From a virus (lineage: Duplodnaviria; Caudoviricetes), in the IMG/VR virus record IMGVR_UViG_3300005584_000003, positions 1-59,958 of that record: a stretch of DNA of 59,958 nucleotides, one strand, 5' to 3'. Of the stretch, positions 47,836-57,507 are shown one piece after another; within the stretch, counting starts at the first letter, position 1; every line of letters begins with the position of its first letter. The position numbers and the translations under genes are program-made. The notes under the pieces were generated by a model. It was not told where the DNA came from and did not search any database. It worked only from the letters and a program-made list of their open reading frames with translations.

Positions 47836-49395
47836 ATGAAAACTCTAAACGATAAAGATTTTAATTTTGTTGTTGTTGGTGGTGGCGTGGCTGGATGGTT
47901 TGCAGCCCTTACCCTGCAAAAATCATATCCCGGAACAACAATTACCGTTGTTGAGAGTTCTAAGATTGGTTCAGTTGGTGTCGGGGAAAGCACAACCCCG
48001 CAGATCATTCAACTTTTTGATGAGCTTGGTATTTCTGTTTCCGACCTATTGAAACATACGAATGCTACCATCAAGAATGGCATTAAGTTTACTAACTGGC
48101 ATGGGGACGGTAAACACTTCTTTCATGGATTTGGCTCGATCCCAGAGTTAAGCTACGAGCATTCAACTCTATTGAATCATTGTGATGTGCCACTCCTTGC
48201 CCTGCAAGCAATTGCTTCTGGCAATTCTTTAGATGAGGTTGAGCTTTCCGCAATTGCATCAGAAAAGAATCAATTAAAATTCATCAAAAATGGAAGCATT
48301 GATTCAAACTCGAATAAGATATTTCACTTCAAAAACCTTGGAAACTTTGCTGTTCATTTTGATGCGGATCAAATGATCAAATACCTGAGAAGCATTGGGG
48401 TTGATAGGGGAATCAACACTGTTGATGCCATTGTTTTGGGGGCCGAAGAAAACAGCGAAGGTTATATAAAGAAAATACTTTTGAAAGGTGGATCAATGAA
48501 ATGCGATTTTGTAATAGACGCATCTGGCTTTAGTCGTCTTTTGATCGGCAAGCACTTTAATGGTTTTTGGAAGAGCTACCGCGCCCATCTTCCAATTAAA
48601 CGAGCTATTCCTTTCCATCTTCCCATCGATGCTGAAAAGATCCCGCCTTATACGGAAGCGGTTGCAATGAAGTATGGGTGGATGTGGAAGATTCCGGTTC
48701 AGGATCGATTTGGGTGTGGTTACACATTTGATTCGGACTATATCTCCGATGAAGAAGCCCATAGTGAAATCGAGGAAGCAGTAGGGCAGAAAGTAGACGT
48801 TCGTAAGATCCTTGATTTTGATGGCGGCGCCTACACTCGCCCTTGGGTAAAAAACTGTATGGCCATTGGTCTTGCATCGGCCTTTATTGAGCCACTTGAA
48901 TCAACGGCTATTTGGATCGGCATACAAACGATGAAGAGCTTCCTAGCGAACATAAAAGGACTTACGCATTGTTCTCAGGCTCATATAGATCAACATAACA
49001 GCCGAGTTAATGTTATGGCCGATGAAGTTCTTACATTCGTACATCTTCACTATTTAACTGAAAGAAGTGACACTAAGTTTTGGCGTGATTTTAAGGTAAA
49101 TAACAGCCCACCCGAAATGATCTGTCGATTAAATGATGCCAATCGTGATATAACTCTTTTTTCGGATATTATGACTGGGTTCACTAATTCATTTACATTT
49201 GGCAGTTGGCAACACGTTGGCGCCGGGGTTCGTTTCTTCAATAAAGAACACGCAACTGCATCTTTGGAATCTTTTGTACTCGGAAATAGAATAAATCAGT
49301 ATCGCTATAAGTATGATTCACTTACAATGAACCTCAACTTTGTGAGAAATTCAATGGTTCATCACAGCGACTTCATTAAATACCTTAAATCTTAA
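47836..49395 (+). CDS. flavin-dependent (tryptophan) halogenase
   Basis: GGGVAG, GVGEST.P, catalytic Lys in ATIKNGI.F, IDASG, GWMWKIP, F.EPLEST. Confidence 0.93.
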   Translation: MKTLNDKDFNFVVVGGGVAGWFAALTLQKSYPGTTITVVESSKIGSVGVGESTTPQIIQLFDELGISVSDLLKHTNATIKNGIKFTNWHGDGKHFFHGFGSIPELSYEHSTLLNHCDVPLLALQAIASGNSLDEVELSAIASEKNQLKFIKNGSIDSNSNKIFHFKNLGNFAVHFDADQMIKYLRSIGVDRGINTVDAIVLGAEENSEGYIKKILLKGGSMKCDFVIDASGFSRLLIGKHFNGFWKSYRAHLPIKRAIPFHLPIDAEKIPPYTEAVAMKYGWMWKIPVQDRFGCGYTFDSDYISDEEAHSEIEEAVGQKVDVRKILDFDGGAYTRPWVKNCMAIGLASAFIEPLESTAIWIGIQTMKSFLANIKGLTHCSQAHIDQHNSRVNVMADEVLTFVHLHYLTERSDTKFWRDFKVNNSPPEMICRLNDANRDITLFSDIMTGFTNSFTFGSWQHVGAGVRFFNKEHATASLESFVLGNRINQYRYKYDSLTMNLNFVRNSMVHHSDFIKYLKS

Positions 49396-49401
49396 AAAAT
49401 C

Positions 49402-49554
49402 ATGAACGCACTAGATTTGATAATGAAAGCATGGCCTATCTTGTTGGGTATCATAACTTTAATCATAGTATTGTCTAAACTTGATCTGCGAGTTGCTGTG
49501 TTAGAAGAAAAGGCTAAGGCGTTATTTGATTTAATTAACAAGAAAAAACCATGA
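49402..49554 (+). CDS. small membrane protein, holin-like (50 aa)
   Basis: translated by hand; one TM helix plus a coiled coil. Confidence 0.6.
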   Translation: MNALDLIMKAWPILLGIITLIIVLSKLDLRVAVLEEKAKALFDLINKKKP

Positions 49555-49584
49555 ATCATAACTCAATACAAAAATTGTAATTAC

Positions 49585-49827
49585 ATGAATATACGTGATT
49601 TAGCATGCAATAGCCCTAGACGAGAGATTAAGGGAGGGAAGAAATCCGTTGTTAAGGCCTGCCAGAACGGACAGGAGCGCATCGTGCGTTTTGGAGATGC
49701 TAACATGACAATTAAGAAATCTTCTCCCGCTAATAAAAAGAGTTATTGTGCTCGTTCGGGGGGCATTAAGGGCACGTTAAACAAGCTATCTGCAAACTTC
49801 TGGTCACGCAGGGCTTGGGATTGCTAA
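49585..49827 (+). CDS. small basic conserved phage protein
   Basis: RFGD..M.IKK..P...KSYCAR..........SA.FWS...W.C. Confidence 0.75.
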   Translation: MNIRDLACNSPRREIKGGKKSVVKACQNGQERIVRFGDANMTIKKSSPANKKSYCARSGGIKGTLNKLSANFWSRRAWDC

Positions 49828-49847
49828 TCATAATACATCTTCCTTCT

Positions 49848-50078
49848 ATGAATTACGACCCAAATTCCACTGACTCGATGCTTTCGCGAATCCTTGAACG
49901 TATGGACGCACAAGACGCAAAATTGGAGAGCATTCATGTACAGGTTGTCTTGACAAATGGCAGGGTTAAAATGCTTGAAGTATGGAGGGATGAGTTAAAA
50001 GGGAAAGTAACTATATTGGCCGGTATTCTATCTGTTGGTATTTCAACATTGACACACTGGTTCTTAAAACGTAGTTAA
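49848..50078 (+). CDS. holin-like protein
   Basis: coiled coil, TNGRV..LE, C-terminal TM helix. Confidence 0.65.
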   Translation: MNYDPNSTDSMLSRILERMDAQDAKLESIHVQVVLTNGRVKMLEVWRDELKGKVTILAGILSVGISTLTHWFLKRS

Positions 50079-50083
50079 ATTTT

Positions 50084-50224
50084 ATGAATAACGAACAAGC
50101 ATTGCAAAACCTGTTTGCAGCCGCCCGTCAAGCCCCCCTAAATGCGGAAACGCATGATCTTATTCGCAAGTGCGCAGAGCAGCTTGTTGAAGCCTTAAAA
50201 TCTATTCCAGAGAAAAAGGAATAG
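50084..50224 (+). CDS. hypothetical protein (46 aa)
   Basis: translated by hand: MNNEQALQNLFAAARQAPL...; fills the gap between neighbours. Confidence 0.6.
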   Translation: MNNEQALQNLFAAARQAPLNAETHDLIRKCAEQLVEALKSIPEKKE

Positions 50225-50226
50225 AT

Positions 50227-50856
50227 ATGAATCCAGATGGCACACAAGATTCTTTTGGTGTGGCGTTTCGCGGTGACGATGCTGGCAACATTTGGCAGGA
50301 CGGTGTGCAGATATTCTTTGCGGGCGATAAAGTTATTAGGCAGGTTGTTCTGGGCGATATTTCATCTACGACATCCACCGATCTTTTAAAGATTAGCGGA
50401 TGTGTTCGCCTAAGAGTAATCGTTGATTGCCTGTACGCTTCTAGCTGTCTTGAAGATGCTATTGATATCAATCATAGCCATGACATCGAAGTACTAGTTA
50501 ACGATCTCTTTGCTGCTAAGAACTATTGTGCGACGATAAAAGGTGGCTCAACTAACATCCGTATTGTGGTGGCTCGCCAACATGGTCATGGCGGAGAAAC
50601 TGATTACGACCTTGGTAACTTTTCTGATCAGTCTAATGCCCGCACCAAAAACGTTAGCCTGCACATCAATACTGAAGACCATAGCTCGGTACGCGTCCGG
50701 GTATTGAGCGCCGACAAACCAAAGTTAGAGAACGACGATAAAATCACTTATTTTAAGCCACAGCTTTATAGTGTTAGGCTTTTTAATCAAGGTTGGTTTT
50801 ATCATGTCTACAATTTTTTTAAGGATTTCTTGAAGAACTTTCACATCTACATTTAA
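50227..50856 (+). CDS. beta-helix-like hypothetical protein
   Basis: EDAIDINHS, TIKGGS.NI rungs. Confidence 0.6.
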   Translation: MNPDGTQDSFGVAFRGDDAGNIWQDGVQIFFAGDKVIRQVVLGDISSTTSTDLLKISGCVRLRVIVDCLYASSCLEDAIDINHSHDIEVLVNDLFAAKNYCATIKGGSTNIRIVVARQHGHGGETDYDLGNFSDQSNARTKNVSLHINTEDHSSVRVRVLSADKPKLENDDKITYFKPQLYSVRLFNQGWFYHVYNFFKDFLKNFHIYI

Positions 50857-50860
50857 TCTT

Positions 50861-51307
50861 ATGTTTAGTTTTATCAGCTCTGCTCTTGGTGGATCGCTTC
50901 TTGGTGGTGTCCTAAGTCTATTTCAAAAATGGGCTGATGTTAAGGCCAAGGGTATGGAAGCTGACATTGAGATACGCAAAATGGAAAGCATAGCGCGGCT
51001 TAAGGTGACAGAGGGTGAGTTAGCGGCCTTTACAACGTCTCAGCAGGCCAATGAAGACATTGCCATCCCTGAAAACACTCCTGTTTGGGTGTCAGCTATT
51101 CGTGTGTTAGTAGACGCTTTTAGGGCATTTACCCGTCCCGGCCTTACTTGGGCCATGATTATTACGCTCAGTTGTGTTATATTTGGCGATAAACTAAGTA
51201 TAACTGCTACGGAGGCGGTTATCTCAGACTTCGTATTTACTACGAGTACAGCAATAATGTGGTGGTTTGGTAGTCGCCCATTGGCGAGAACGGCCAACAG
51301 CAAATAA
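50861..51307 (+). CDS. holin (3TM-type)
   Basis: R...RP.LT, two C-terminal TM helices, WWFGSR. Confidence 0.75.
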   Translation: MFSFISSALGGSLLGGVLSLFQKWADVKAKGMEADIEIRKMESIARLKVTEGELAAFTTSQQANEDIAIPENTPVWVSAIRVLVDAFRAFTRPGLTWAMIITLSCVIFGDKLSITATEAVISDFVFTTSTAIMWWFGSRPLARTANSK

Positions 51308-51311
51308 CTGG

Positions 51312-52049
51312 TTGAAAGCGAAAAAATTCATCGTTTGTTCCGACATACACGGTGACATGCGCGATGAGCATGCGGTAGACGCATTGCTTCGTTTTACCGC
51401 CGACTTCCAGCCAGAGATAAGGGTTATCAATGGCGACTTATGGGACTTCCGTAATTTACGTAAGGGCGCAAGCGACGACGAGAAAGCGGCATCAATGGCC
51501 GACGATTGGGAGGCTGGCATAGACTTCGCTAGTAGGTTCTTTAAGGGCGGATCAGAGAATCACTTCTTGCGGGGCAATCATGATGAGCGCATCTGGGACT
51601 TCTCCGGGTCAGCTACCGGCCTACTTCGCGATTACGCTAACGATGGCATCCGCGCCATTAATGGCTACGTTAAGAACTGGAAGGCCAAGATGCTTCCTTA
51701 TGACGCTGCCCTAGGGGTCTTAGAGCTTGGTAAGTTGCGCGTTGTGCATGGGTACTTTGCTGGTCAGAATGCGGCACAGGCTCACGCCAGAGTCTATCGC
51801 AACTGCCTTTTTGGGCATACGCACGCTATTGAAGTAGGCGCCATTGCATCCCTTGAGCCAGAAGAAGCCCGTGGTATTGGGTGCTTATGTAAGAGGGATA
51901 TGGACTACGTTAACAAGAAGACCGGCAAGCTTAGGTGGAGCCAAGGATGGGCTTATGGCTTTCTGTTTGACAACGGATCCTATCAATTATTTCAAGCCAG
52001 ACGAATTAACGGAATATTCCATGTCGCTACCCAAATCAAAGATTACTGA
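51312..52049 (+). CDS. calcineurin-like metallophosphoesterase
   Basis: SDIH, GDL.D, GNHD, HG, GHTH. Confidence 0.92.
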   Translation: MKAKKFIVCSDIHGDMRDEHAVDALLRFTADFQPEIRVINGDLWDFRNLRKGASDDEKAASMADDWEAGIDFASRFFKGGSENHFLRGNHDERIWDFSGSATGLLRDYANDGIRAINGYVKNWKAKMLPYDAALGVLELGKLRVVHGYFAGQNAAQAHARVYRNCLFGHTHAIEVGAIASLEPEEARGIGCLCKRDMDYVNKKTGKLRWSQGWAYGFLFDNGSYQLFQARRINGIFHVATQIKDY

Positions 52050-52278
52050 CTGGGTTCACTTGCTCACGGAGAGCATGTCTAACAGTGAGGTTAGGCCGGT
52101 TGGAAAAGGCTGGTATACCTCAAAAGAGATTGCCAAGCTTTGGGGCACCGGCAAAGTAAAGACGCATACGACATTATCTGCTTTGCTTAAAAAGGGCAAA
52201 GTTGATAGATTCAATGGTCGGTGTTTGAACGAACGTGGTCGTAACGTTCAGAACTGTTGGTATCGGATCAAAAAGTAA
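52021..52278 (+). CDS. small winged-helix protein
   Basis: T..EIA..WG........L..L.K.G.V. Confidence 0.6.
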   Translation: MSLPKSKITDWVHLLTESMSNSEVRPVGKGWYTSKEIAKLWGTGKVKTHTTLSALLKKGKVDRFNGRCLNERGRNVQNCWYRIKK

Positions 52279-52308
52279 CCCCCGCCAGTGGTCAAACTGG
52301 TCGGGGGG
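52278..52308. terminator. hairpin between convergent operons
   Basis: CCCCCG-CCAG/CTGG-T-CGGGGG; T-tract on the minus strand. Confidence 0.55.
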
Positions 52309-52406
52309 TGTTAAGGCATTCGTGGTACGAGTGACGCCGCTGTTAGACGGGCCTGCCCCAATCTGTTTGCATTATGCATCAGGTTGGGGTCCCGCGTCAA
52401 GCACAA

Positions 52407-52892
52407 TTATCCTTGCTTATCGCAGAAGTATCTGGCCATCAACAGTCCATCGGCATCCCCGTGCTTCTTTATCTGGGCTGCGAACTGTGGGTACATCTGC
52501 ATCCCCCGGAGCATGCTAGCCTCCTTGAGATTAGCAGATCCCTTGATCTTACCAAGCATTTCAAGCTGCCACTCTTTGGAATCAACGATTGTAAAGCCGA
52601 TTCCAAGCAATTCTAGGCCTATTAGGGTGGCTTCCAGCGTCCTTTGAGCCGGTAGTACCGCATTAAGGAATTTGCCCGTAAAAGGCCGTTCTACGTAGGC
52701 ATAGGCGTTATTGGTGTAGGTATACGGTTTTAATAGTTCCGTAAGGGCTGATAAATCAACCCGGGTGACTTTTTTGCCAGCTCGCCCCATTAATGATTGT
52801 TTTGTAGGCATTACTTCAAACAGGGATCCTTCCTCATGAATAATCCCGATGGTGCCCGTGCAACCGTTGTCTATTCCAATAATAGTTTTCAT
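52407..52892 (-). CDS. RuvC-like Holliday junction resolvase
   Basis: IIGIDNG.TG, YVE, W, DADGLL.A. Confidence 0.8.
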   Translation of the reverse strand: MKTIIGIDNGCTGTIGIIHEEGSLFEVMPTKQSLMGRAGKKVTRVDLSALTELLKPYTYTNNAYAYVERPFTGKFLNAVLPAQRTLEATLIGLELLGIGFTIVDSKEWQLEMLGKIKGSANLKEASMLRGMQMYPQFAAQIKKHGDADGLLMARYFCDKQG

Positions 52893-53116
52893 TTATTCTT
52901 CCTAGCGGTTTTAAAGACCTCCCCGCAATCGGGGCATTCGTAGCCGGTCTTCTGATTGGTTTTCCAGTCGTAGCATTCGACTAGGCGTGTGTAGTGAGAT
53001 CTATTACCAAACTCCTTGCGGAGTGCTTCCGGTATTTCATTACCGATTAATGATGCCCCGCAAACAGGGCAATTTTGTTTGTTTAGTATGTTTTCGTGGC
53101 TCATTTGTAGTAACAA
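52889..53116 (-). CDS. zinc-ribbon protein
   Basis: CPVCG...CPDCG. Confidence 0.7.
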   Translation of the reverse strand: MLLQMSHENILNKQNCPVCGASLIGNEIPEALRKEFGNRSHYTRLVECYDWKTNQKTGYECPDCGEVFKTARKNK

Positions 53117-53517
53117 TTATGTACTCTATCGGCGTAATCTAAAGTGCTCATCTTAAACTGCGTGGCATTTGGTCCAGCATTCCACATGAGTGCTAACTCA
53201 CGCGGCATAGGATTAATGCCCCTCAGATCTAATATCCATGAATAGTGTCTTAGTATTCTTAGGGCTACGTTCTTCTGAGTTTGCAGTGAGGCGCCCCGGA
53301 ATGACATAGAGGTGTGTTCGTGCCATGTTGACGGCATGATCTGCCATGGCGATCTTTCACCATAACGACCGATACGGCCAACGCTGTTTTCCACGTCACT
53401 AATAGCCTGTAGCATTAACTCTTCGTTAACCCGACTACATGGCGGATATGCTGACGCCTTTAAACTAGCAAATACACTACACATGATTAATAGAACTGTT
53501 TTACTGATACGGATCAT
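53101..53517 (-). CDS. lytic transglycosylase (SLT / lysozyme-like) with a signal peptide
   Basis: AI..VE, G..GE...WQI...TW, WNAGP, Y..RV; hydrophobic N-terminus ending ASA. Confidence 0.8.
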   Translation of the reverse strand: MIRISKTVLLIMCSVFASLKASAYPPCSRVNEELMLQAISDVENSVGRIGRYGERSPWQIMPSTWHEHTSMSFRGASLQTQKNVALRILRHYSWILDLRGINPMPRELALMWNAGPNATQFKMSTLDYADRVHNCYYK

Positions 53518-53788
53518 TTTTAATTTTGTGTTGGATAACTTGATCGGCTAAATATAGCAGAGCCGAATTAATATGTTTGCAGCGAGTAGCGTTGGGGTAT
53601 CCGTGGTTTATGATGTTCCCATCATTTAAACGTAACTGCTTTAGCTTTACGCATGTAAAATCACCACAGGTACATTCACCGTTACCATGAAGTTCAACAA
53701 CATCGACAAGATATGGTTCTCCATCGACGCTCGATTCTACCCAGTAACGGTACGCTTCGCCAACAACTGGTTCAACGCTCTTGGGCAT
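53501..53788 (-). CDS. SWIM zinc-finger protein
   Basis: V.S.....Y.V......CTC.DF......CKH. Confidence 0.8.
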   Translation of the reverse strand: MPKSVEPVVGEAYRYWVESSVDGEPYLVDVVELHGNGECTCGDFTCVKLKQLRLNDGNIINHGYPNATRCKHINSALLYLADQVIQHKIKNDPYQ

Positions 53789-55598
53789 GCTTAAAATAGT
53801 GATAACGTTCGTGCTGTTTAGGCCAGAACTGCCAGCTTGTTTTGTCGAAGAACAATGGCATGTCCTTGTCCTCGCCTTCACCAAACCTTTGTTTGTCTAG
53901 GCGGATCCGACCATCAAACCATCCTTCTATTTCAACGGCTTTGATTGGTTCGCCAGCTTGTATAGCCTCGTCATACCTCCGGGTCTTTAGCTTATTACGC
54001 CATACGATAACCACGTTAAAAGCGGCGTTGTTAATATCCTGTGAACCAGCAATGTCCGTCTTGGTTGGGACGCGGTCCTCGTTTTCGCTCTTACGAGAGT
54101 GCGATACAAGAATCACGTGCGCGCCAGTATCGTTAACAAACGATGTAAGCTCGTCCATAAAGGTACGTTGACCGTTAAGATCGTCGCCAGATATACCGCA
54201 CTTGAATAAGGAATCGATAACGAACACATCAATACCAAAACGCTTACGGGCATACGCCATGGCCTCAGTTATCTTAGTCTTCTGAGCAACACCAACGTGA
54301 TCATAAAACCACAGTGAACCGTTGAGCCAGTCAAGACACGCATCCATCTCTGCACGATTATCAGGAACTTTCTTGGCAAGAGCAGACCTTACCATCATCT
54401 GGATTGTCTTGTGTGGCTTAACCTCAAGCGAAGCGTCAAATACTTTGGCGCCATTGCTAATGAGATGAACCATCAAATGATTAAGAAGCTGAGTCTTGCC
54501 GTGACCAGAATACCCAGAGAACACCGTGAACTCACCCGGACGTATGCGCAATGGCAGGTCGGGCCATGGCACCGCGAAGCCAGCCTGCCCGTGCCTGCCA
54601 TCATAAAGATCCCATACGGCATCGGAATATGATCCAGCGGATTTAATCTCCTCTAAATCGATCTGTGCGGATGATTCTAAGGCTTTCATGAAGCCAGCGC
54701 GGTCCAGACCCTGCTGCAAGCATTCGTTGGCGTCCTTGTGGGGTAGCGTGACGATATACGTGCGATGTAGCCCAAGGCGGCGTGCTAGCCTATCAGCGGC
54801 ATCACGACCAGCCCCGTCCATGTCGGTCGAGATATAAACCTTCTCAAACCGTTCCAACCATTCCCAGTCAAGTTCGATCCACTCTTGATCGCTGACCCCG
54901 TTAGGCATGCTGACGGCTGATATACCAACTGTCTGGTATGACATAGCATCAATTTCACCCTCGGTAATAACAAGCATACGCTCATCATCAGAAACGGTCA
55001 TCTTGCCGAACAAACACCTCTTGGTGCCGTCAGAAGACCACATCTTCTTCTTTCCCTTTACATCGCGCGCGATAGCTAAATACTTTATATGCACGGCCTT
55101 TTCGCCGTCATCGAAGTAAGGAAATACAATAACGTTACCACCATCAGTATCGGCGATCTTGTTATTAACGATGACCTCGTTACTTAGTCTTCTTGTGTCC
55201 TCCAAGTAATCCATAACGAGCGTGTTAATTTCTACACGCTTAACGCCTTTGCCCCTTATATCAGGCATCTGATAGACCTTTGGCTTATAACGGCTCACGT
55301 TATGGTCATCCTTCACACCCAACCATTCTTTAGCGGCTTTAACGGCCTCTTTGAACGTTATGTCCTTGGCCTTAGACCATAGAAACAATGGGGTGCCCCC
55401 ACGGTCCTCAGAACTAGCCCTGTCAACAAAGCAACCGATTCTAGAACCGGCTACGAATATATTAAAACTGTCACCAACTTCACCTTTGATAGATCCTAAA
55501 TGGGCTATGTCGCCCTTTATCGTCGCATTGGGGTAAAGCATAGCAACCATCTCTGGCATGCGCTGCTTGAGCGCATTATTCAACTCTGACGTGTCCAT
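53772..55598 (-). CDS. bifunctional primase-helicase (T7 gp4 / Twinkle-like)
   Basis: TOPRIM ITEGEIDAMS, DMD.AG, KDANE; SF4 helicase GYSGHGKT, VIDS, LVSH.RK, GS. Confidence 0.93.
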   Translation of the reverse strand: MDTSELNNALKQRMPEMVAMLYPNATIKGDIAHLGSIKGEVGDSFNIFVAGSRIGCFVDRASSEDRGGTPLFLWSKAKDITFKEAVKAAKEWLGVKDDHNVSRYKPKVYQMPDIRGKGVKRVEINTLVMDYLEDTRRLSNEVIVNNKIADTDGGNVIVFPYFDDGEKAVHIKYLAIARDVKGKKKMWSSDGTKRCLFGKMTVSDDERMLVITEGEIDAMSYQTVGISAVSMPNGVSDQEWIELDWEWLERFEKVYISTDMDGAGRDAADRLARRLGLHRTYIVTLPHKDANECLQQGLDRAGFMKALESSAQIDLEEIKSAGSYSDAVWDLYDGRHGQAGFAVPWPDLPLRIRPGEFTVFSGYSGHGKTQLLNHLMVHLISNGAKVFDASLEVKPHKTIQMMVRSALAKKVPDNRAEMDACLDWLNGSLWFYDHVGVAQKTKITEAMAYARKRFGIDVFVIDSLFKCGISGDDLNGQRTFMDELTSFVNDTGAHVILVSHSRKSENEDRVPTKTDIAGSQDINNAAFNVVIVWRNKLKTRRYDEAIQAGEPIKAVEIEGWFDGRIRLDKQRFGEGEDKDMPLFFDKTSWQFWPKQHERYHYFKHAQER

Positions 55599-55621
55599 GT
55601 TAATCCTTTTTTTGTTAATTA

Positions 55622-56440
55622 TCAGGCGGAATGCACTTTACCGTTAATCTGTGCATGCATCACCCACGGTTTCCAATTCGATACAGGCCAATAGTTCTTC
55701 GCGGCGAACCACAAGAATGCGGTAGCGAGAAACTCTGCATAGCCTTGCTCTTGCTCGGCGCGGGTATAAAACTTCCATATAGGAGCTTCCGGGGTTTCAC
55801 TGTTGATACCTAGGTTGGCGATCATTGGCGGTTCACTCAAGTTATTCATCTTCTGATAAGCCTTAGCATAGAAAGCTAACTGGCATATGTACGACGAATA
55901 AAAATTGGGTTTACCCTTCTTGAACTTAGATGTTTTGTAATCAATAATAACAGGACCGTATTCAAACGTGTCCGCTACTAAGTCGGTACGTCCCGCCACC
56001 CCGATGTCCATATCAACCAGCATAATTTCGCTAGCGATGCGCGACTTCACTACCTTGTCGTACTCAGGGCCAAACTTTAGGACATAATCCTGCAAATCGG
56101 ACTCTAGCGGTAGTTGTGGGTAATTATCTAACGCATCATGAAGGCGGGTGCCAAACTCTGCCGCCGCTTTACCTTTAGACGATGCGATAATATCGATGCG
56201 GTCTTTGTATGCATCAGGATCTTCACCGATAGCAGCAGGGTTTTTTACAACTGCCTCAAAGATCTGATTCTGCTTCCAAGTCTCAAGGAATGGGTTAGCC
56301 CGGGCTTTAAGAACCGTAGTTACAGAAGGGAATGCTTTAGCTTTTCTAGCCTCACGCAGACCAAAGTCGTGCGCGGGCGTAATAGTACCGTCAGCCGCTG
56401 GGATGTACCAGTGGCTGCTCTGCGAGAAAAATGAACTCAT
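55622..56440 (-). CDS. PD-(D/E)XK exonuclease
   Basis: HWY, PSVTTVL, GT.LH, AG..DL, IIDYKT, QLA.Y. Confidence 0.85.
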   Translation of the reverse strand: MSSFFSQSSHWYIPAADGTITPAHDFGLREARKAKAFPSVTTVLKARANPFLETWKQNQIFEAVVKNPAAIGEDPDAYKDRIDIIASSKGKAAAEFGTRLHDALDNYPQLPLESDLQDYVLKFGPEYDKVVKSRIASEIMLVDMDIGVAGRTDLVADTFEYGPVIIDYKTSKFKKGKPNFYSSYICQLAFYAKAYQKMNNLSEPPMIANLGINSETPEAPIWKFYTRAEQEQGYAEFLATAFLWFAAKNYWPVSNWKPWVMHAQINGKVHSA

Positions 56441-56444
56441 TGGA

Positions 56445-57029
56445 TTATCCCAACACTGGTGGATTAACCGACAAGCCCTTACGATTAGCCTCAATGAAAA
56501 TGCAGGACACACACGACTGGAACTGATCGTCCGTCATCTTATGGTCATGCAACGTAATCAAGATCTCGCGAATATTGATCGCATGCCGTGTGGCGTGCAG
56601 ATACATTAACTGGATCTTACCCATACCATCATTGAAGCTTTCAGGCGCAGGCGCCTTATATGGCGAAGGAGAGTGCGGCATATGCTTACCGGCCTCTGGC
56701 TCGGCAGCGTCACCGAACGTGGTCAGGTTGGTCTTCTCACCAGCCGTCATCTGAGCTTTGCCCTTATAGTCAGTGCGCTTCATGCCAGCACCACTAAAAT
56801 TGACGACCTTGCCATCATACGGGCAGGGGTTCTTACCAAAGAATGAACACTCAATGCTGAGTGATGCATCATCCGGGTCTACAAGGACTCCTTTGCCGGG
56901 TTTACGGCCCTCTGGTGGGCGAGTTTGCGTTACGATAGCCTTGAAGGATCCATCGATCCAAACTGGCGTTTCTTCGGTACTAGCTGAGAGTGCTAGCACT
57001 CCTGCGATATTGGTTGTTTTATTGCTCAT
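56445..57029 (-). CDS. putative ssDNA-binding (OB-fold) protein
   Basis: beta-rich N-terminal domain, adjacent to exonuclease and helicase. Confidence 0.45.
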   Translation of the reverse strand: MSNKTTNIAGVLALSASTEETPVWIDGSFKAIVTQTRPPEGRKPGKGVLVDPDDASLSIECSFFGKNPCPYDGKVVNFSGAGMKRTDYKGKAQMTAGEKTNLTTFGDAAEPEAGKHMPHSPSPYKAPAPESFNDGMGKIQLMYLHATRHAINIREILITLHDHKMTDDQFQSCVSCIFIEANRKGLSVNPPVLG

Positions 57030-57037
57030 GGTTAAAA

Positions 57038-57205
57038 TTAACAAGACTGATTGACGAGTTGATCGATAACATTCCCGAGGCGTTTTTTACCAACGGGAAG
57101 AAGCGAGGCCTTTTTGTTTAAATATAAAAAAGACCCTGCCGAAATTGATACGCTAATTGCTACGCGTAGTTTTTTGCCCTGACGGGGGCGACCTAATTTA
57201 ATCAT
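57038..57205 (-). CDS. small ribbon-helix-helix-like DNA-binding protein (55 aa)
   Basis: translated by hand: MIKLGRPRQGKKLRVAISVSIS...LGNVIDQLV; upstream TTGACA-N17-TTACCT-N7-ATG. Confidence 0.6.
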   Translation of the reverse strand: MIKLGRPRQGKKLRVAISVSISAGSFLYLNKKASLLPVGKKRLGNVIDQLVNQSC

Positions 57206-57248
57206 TTCTTAGAGGTAATTATTTTTCTGTAGTTATGTCAACGGAATA

Positions 57249-57506
57249 TTATGTCTGCAACAAATCGATGAAGCAGGGTGTGCCTTCACCGACGTATGCA
57301 CCCTTCTGATTAAACTCAAAATATTCCTCGGCCTCTTCCTCGGTCATATCGCGCATGAGTTGTTTGATAACTAACGCACGGTCATAGCACACAACGGGCT
57401 CCTCTAAGCCGCATCCTTCGACAACGCCTAGAATGCAGTCATTAAATCCGTCCATTGTTATGAGATCATCTCCATAACGCTCTAGCAGATCATCTATTTT
57501 AGCCAT
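57249..57506 (-). CDS. conserved phage protein
   Basis: DGF...I.G........YD........M..EEA.EYF.FN..GAY.G..TP. Confidence 0.8.
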   Translation of the reverse strand: MAKIDDLLERYGDDLITMDGFNDCILGVVEGCGLEEPVVCYDRALVIKQLMRDMTEEEAEEYFEFNQKGAYVGEGTPCFIDLLQT

Positions 57507-57507
57507 G

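Noticed and set aside
55622-56440. Cas4 / CRISPR adaptation gene
   Set aside because: No Fe-S cysteine set and no array; an ordinary phage PD-(D/E)XK exonuclease fits better
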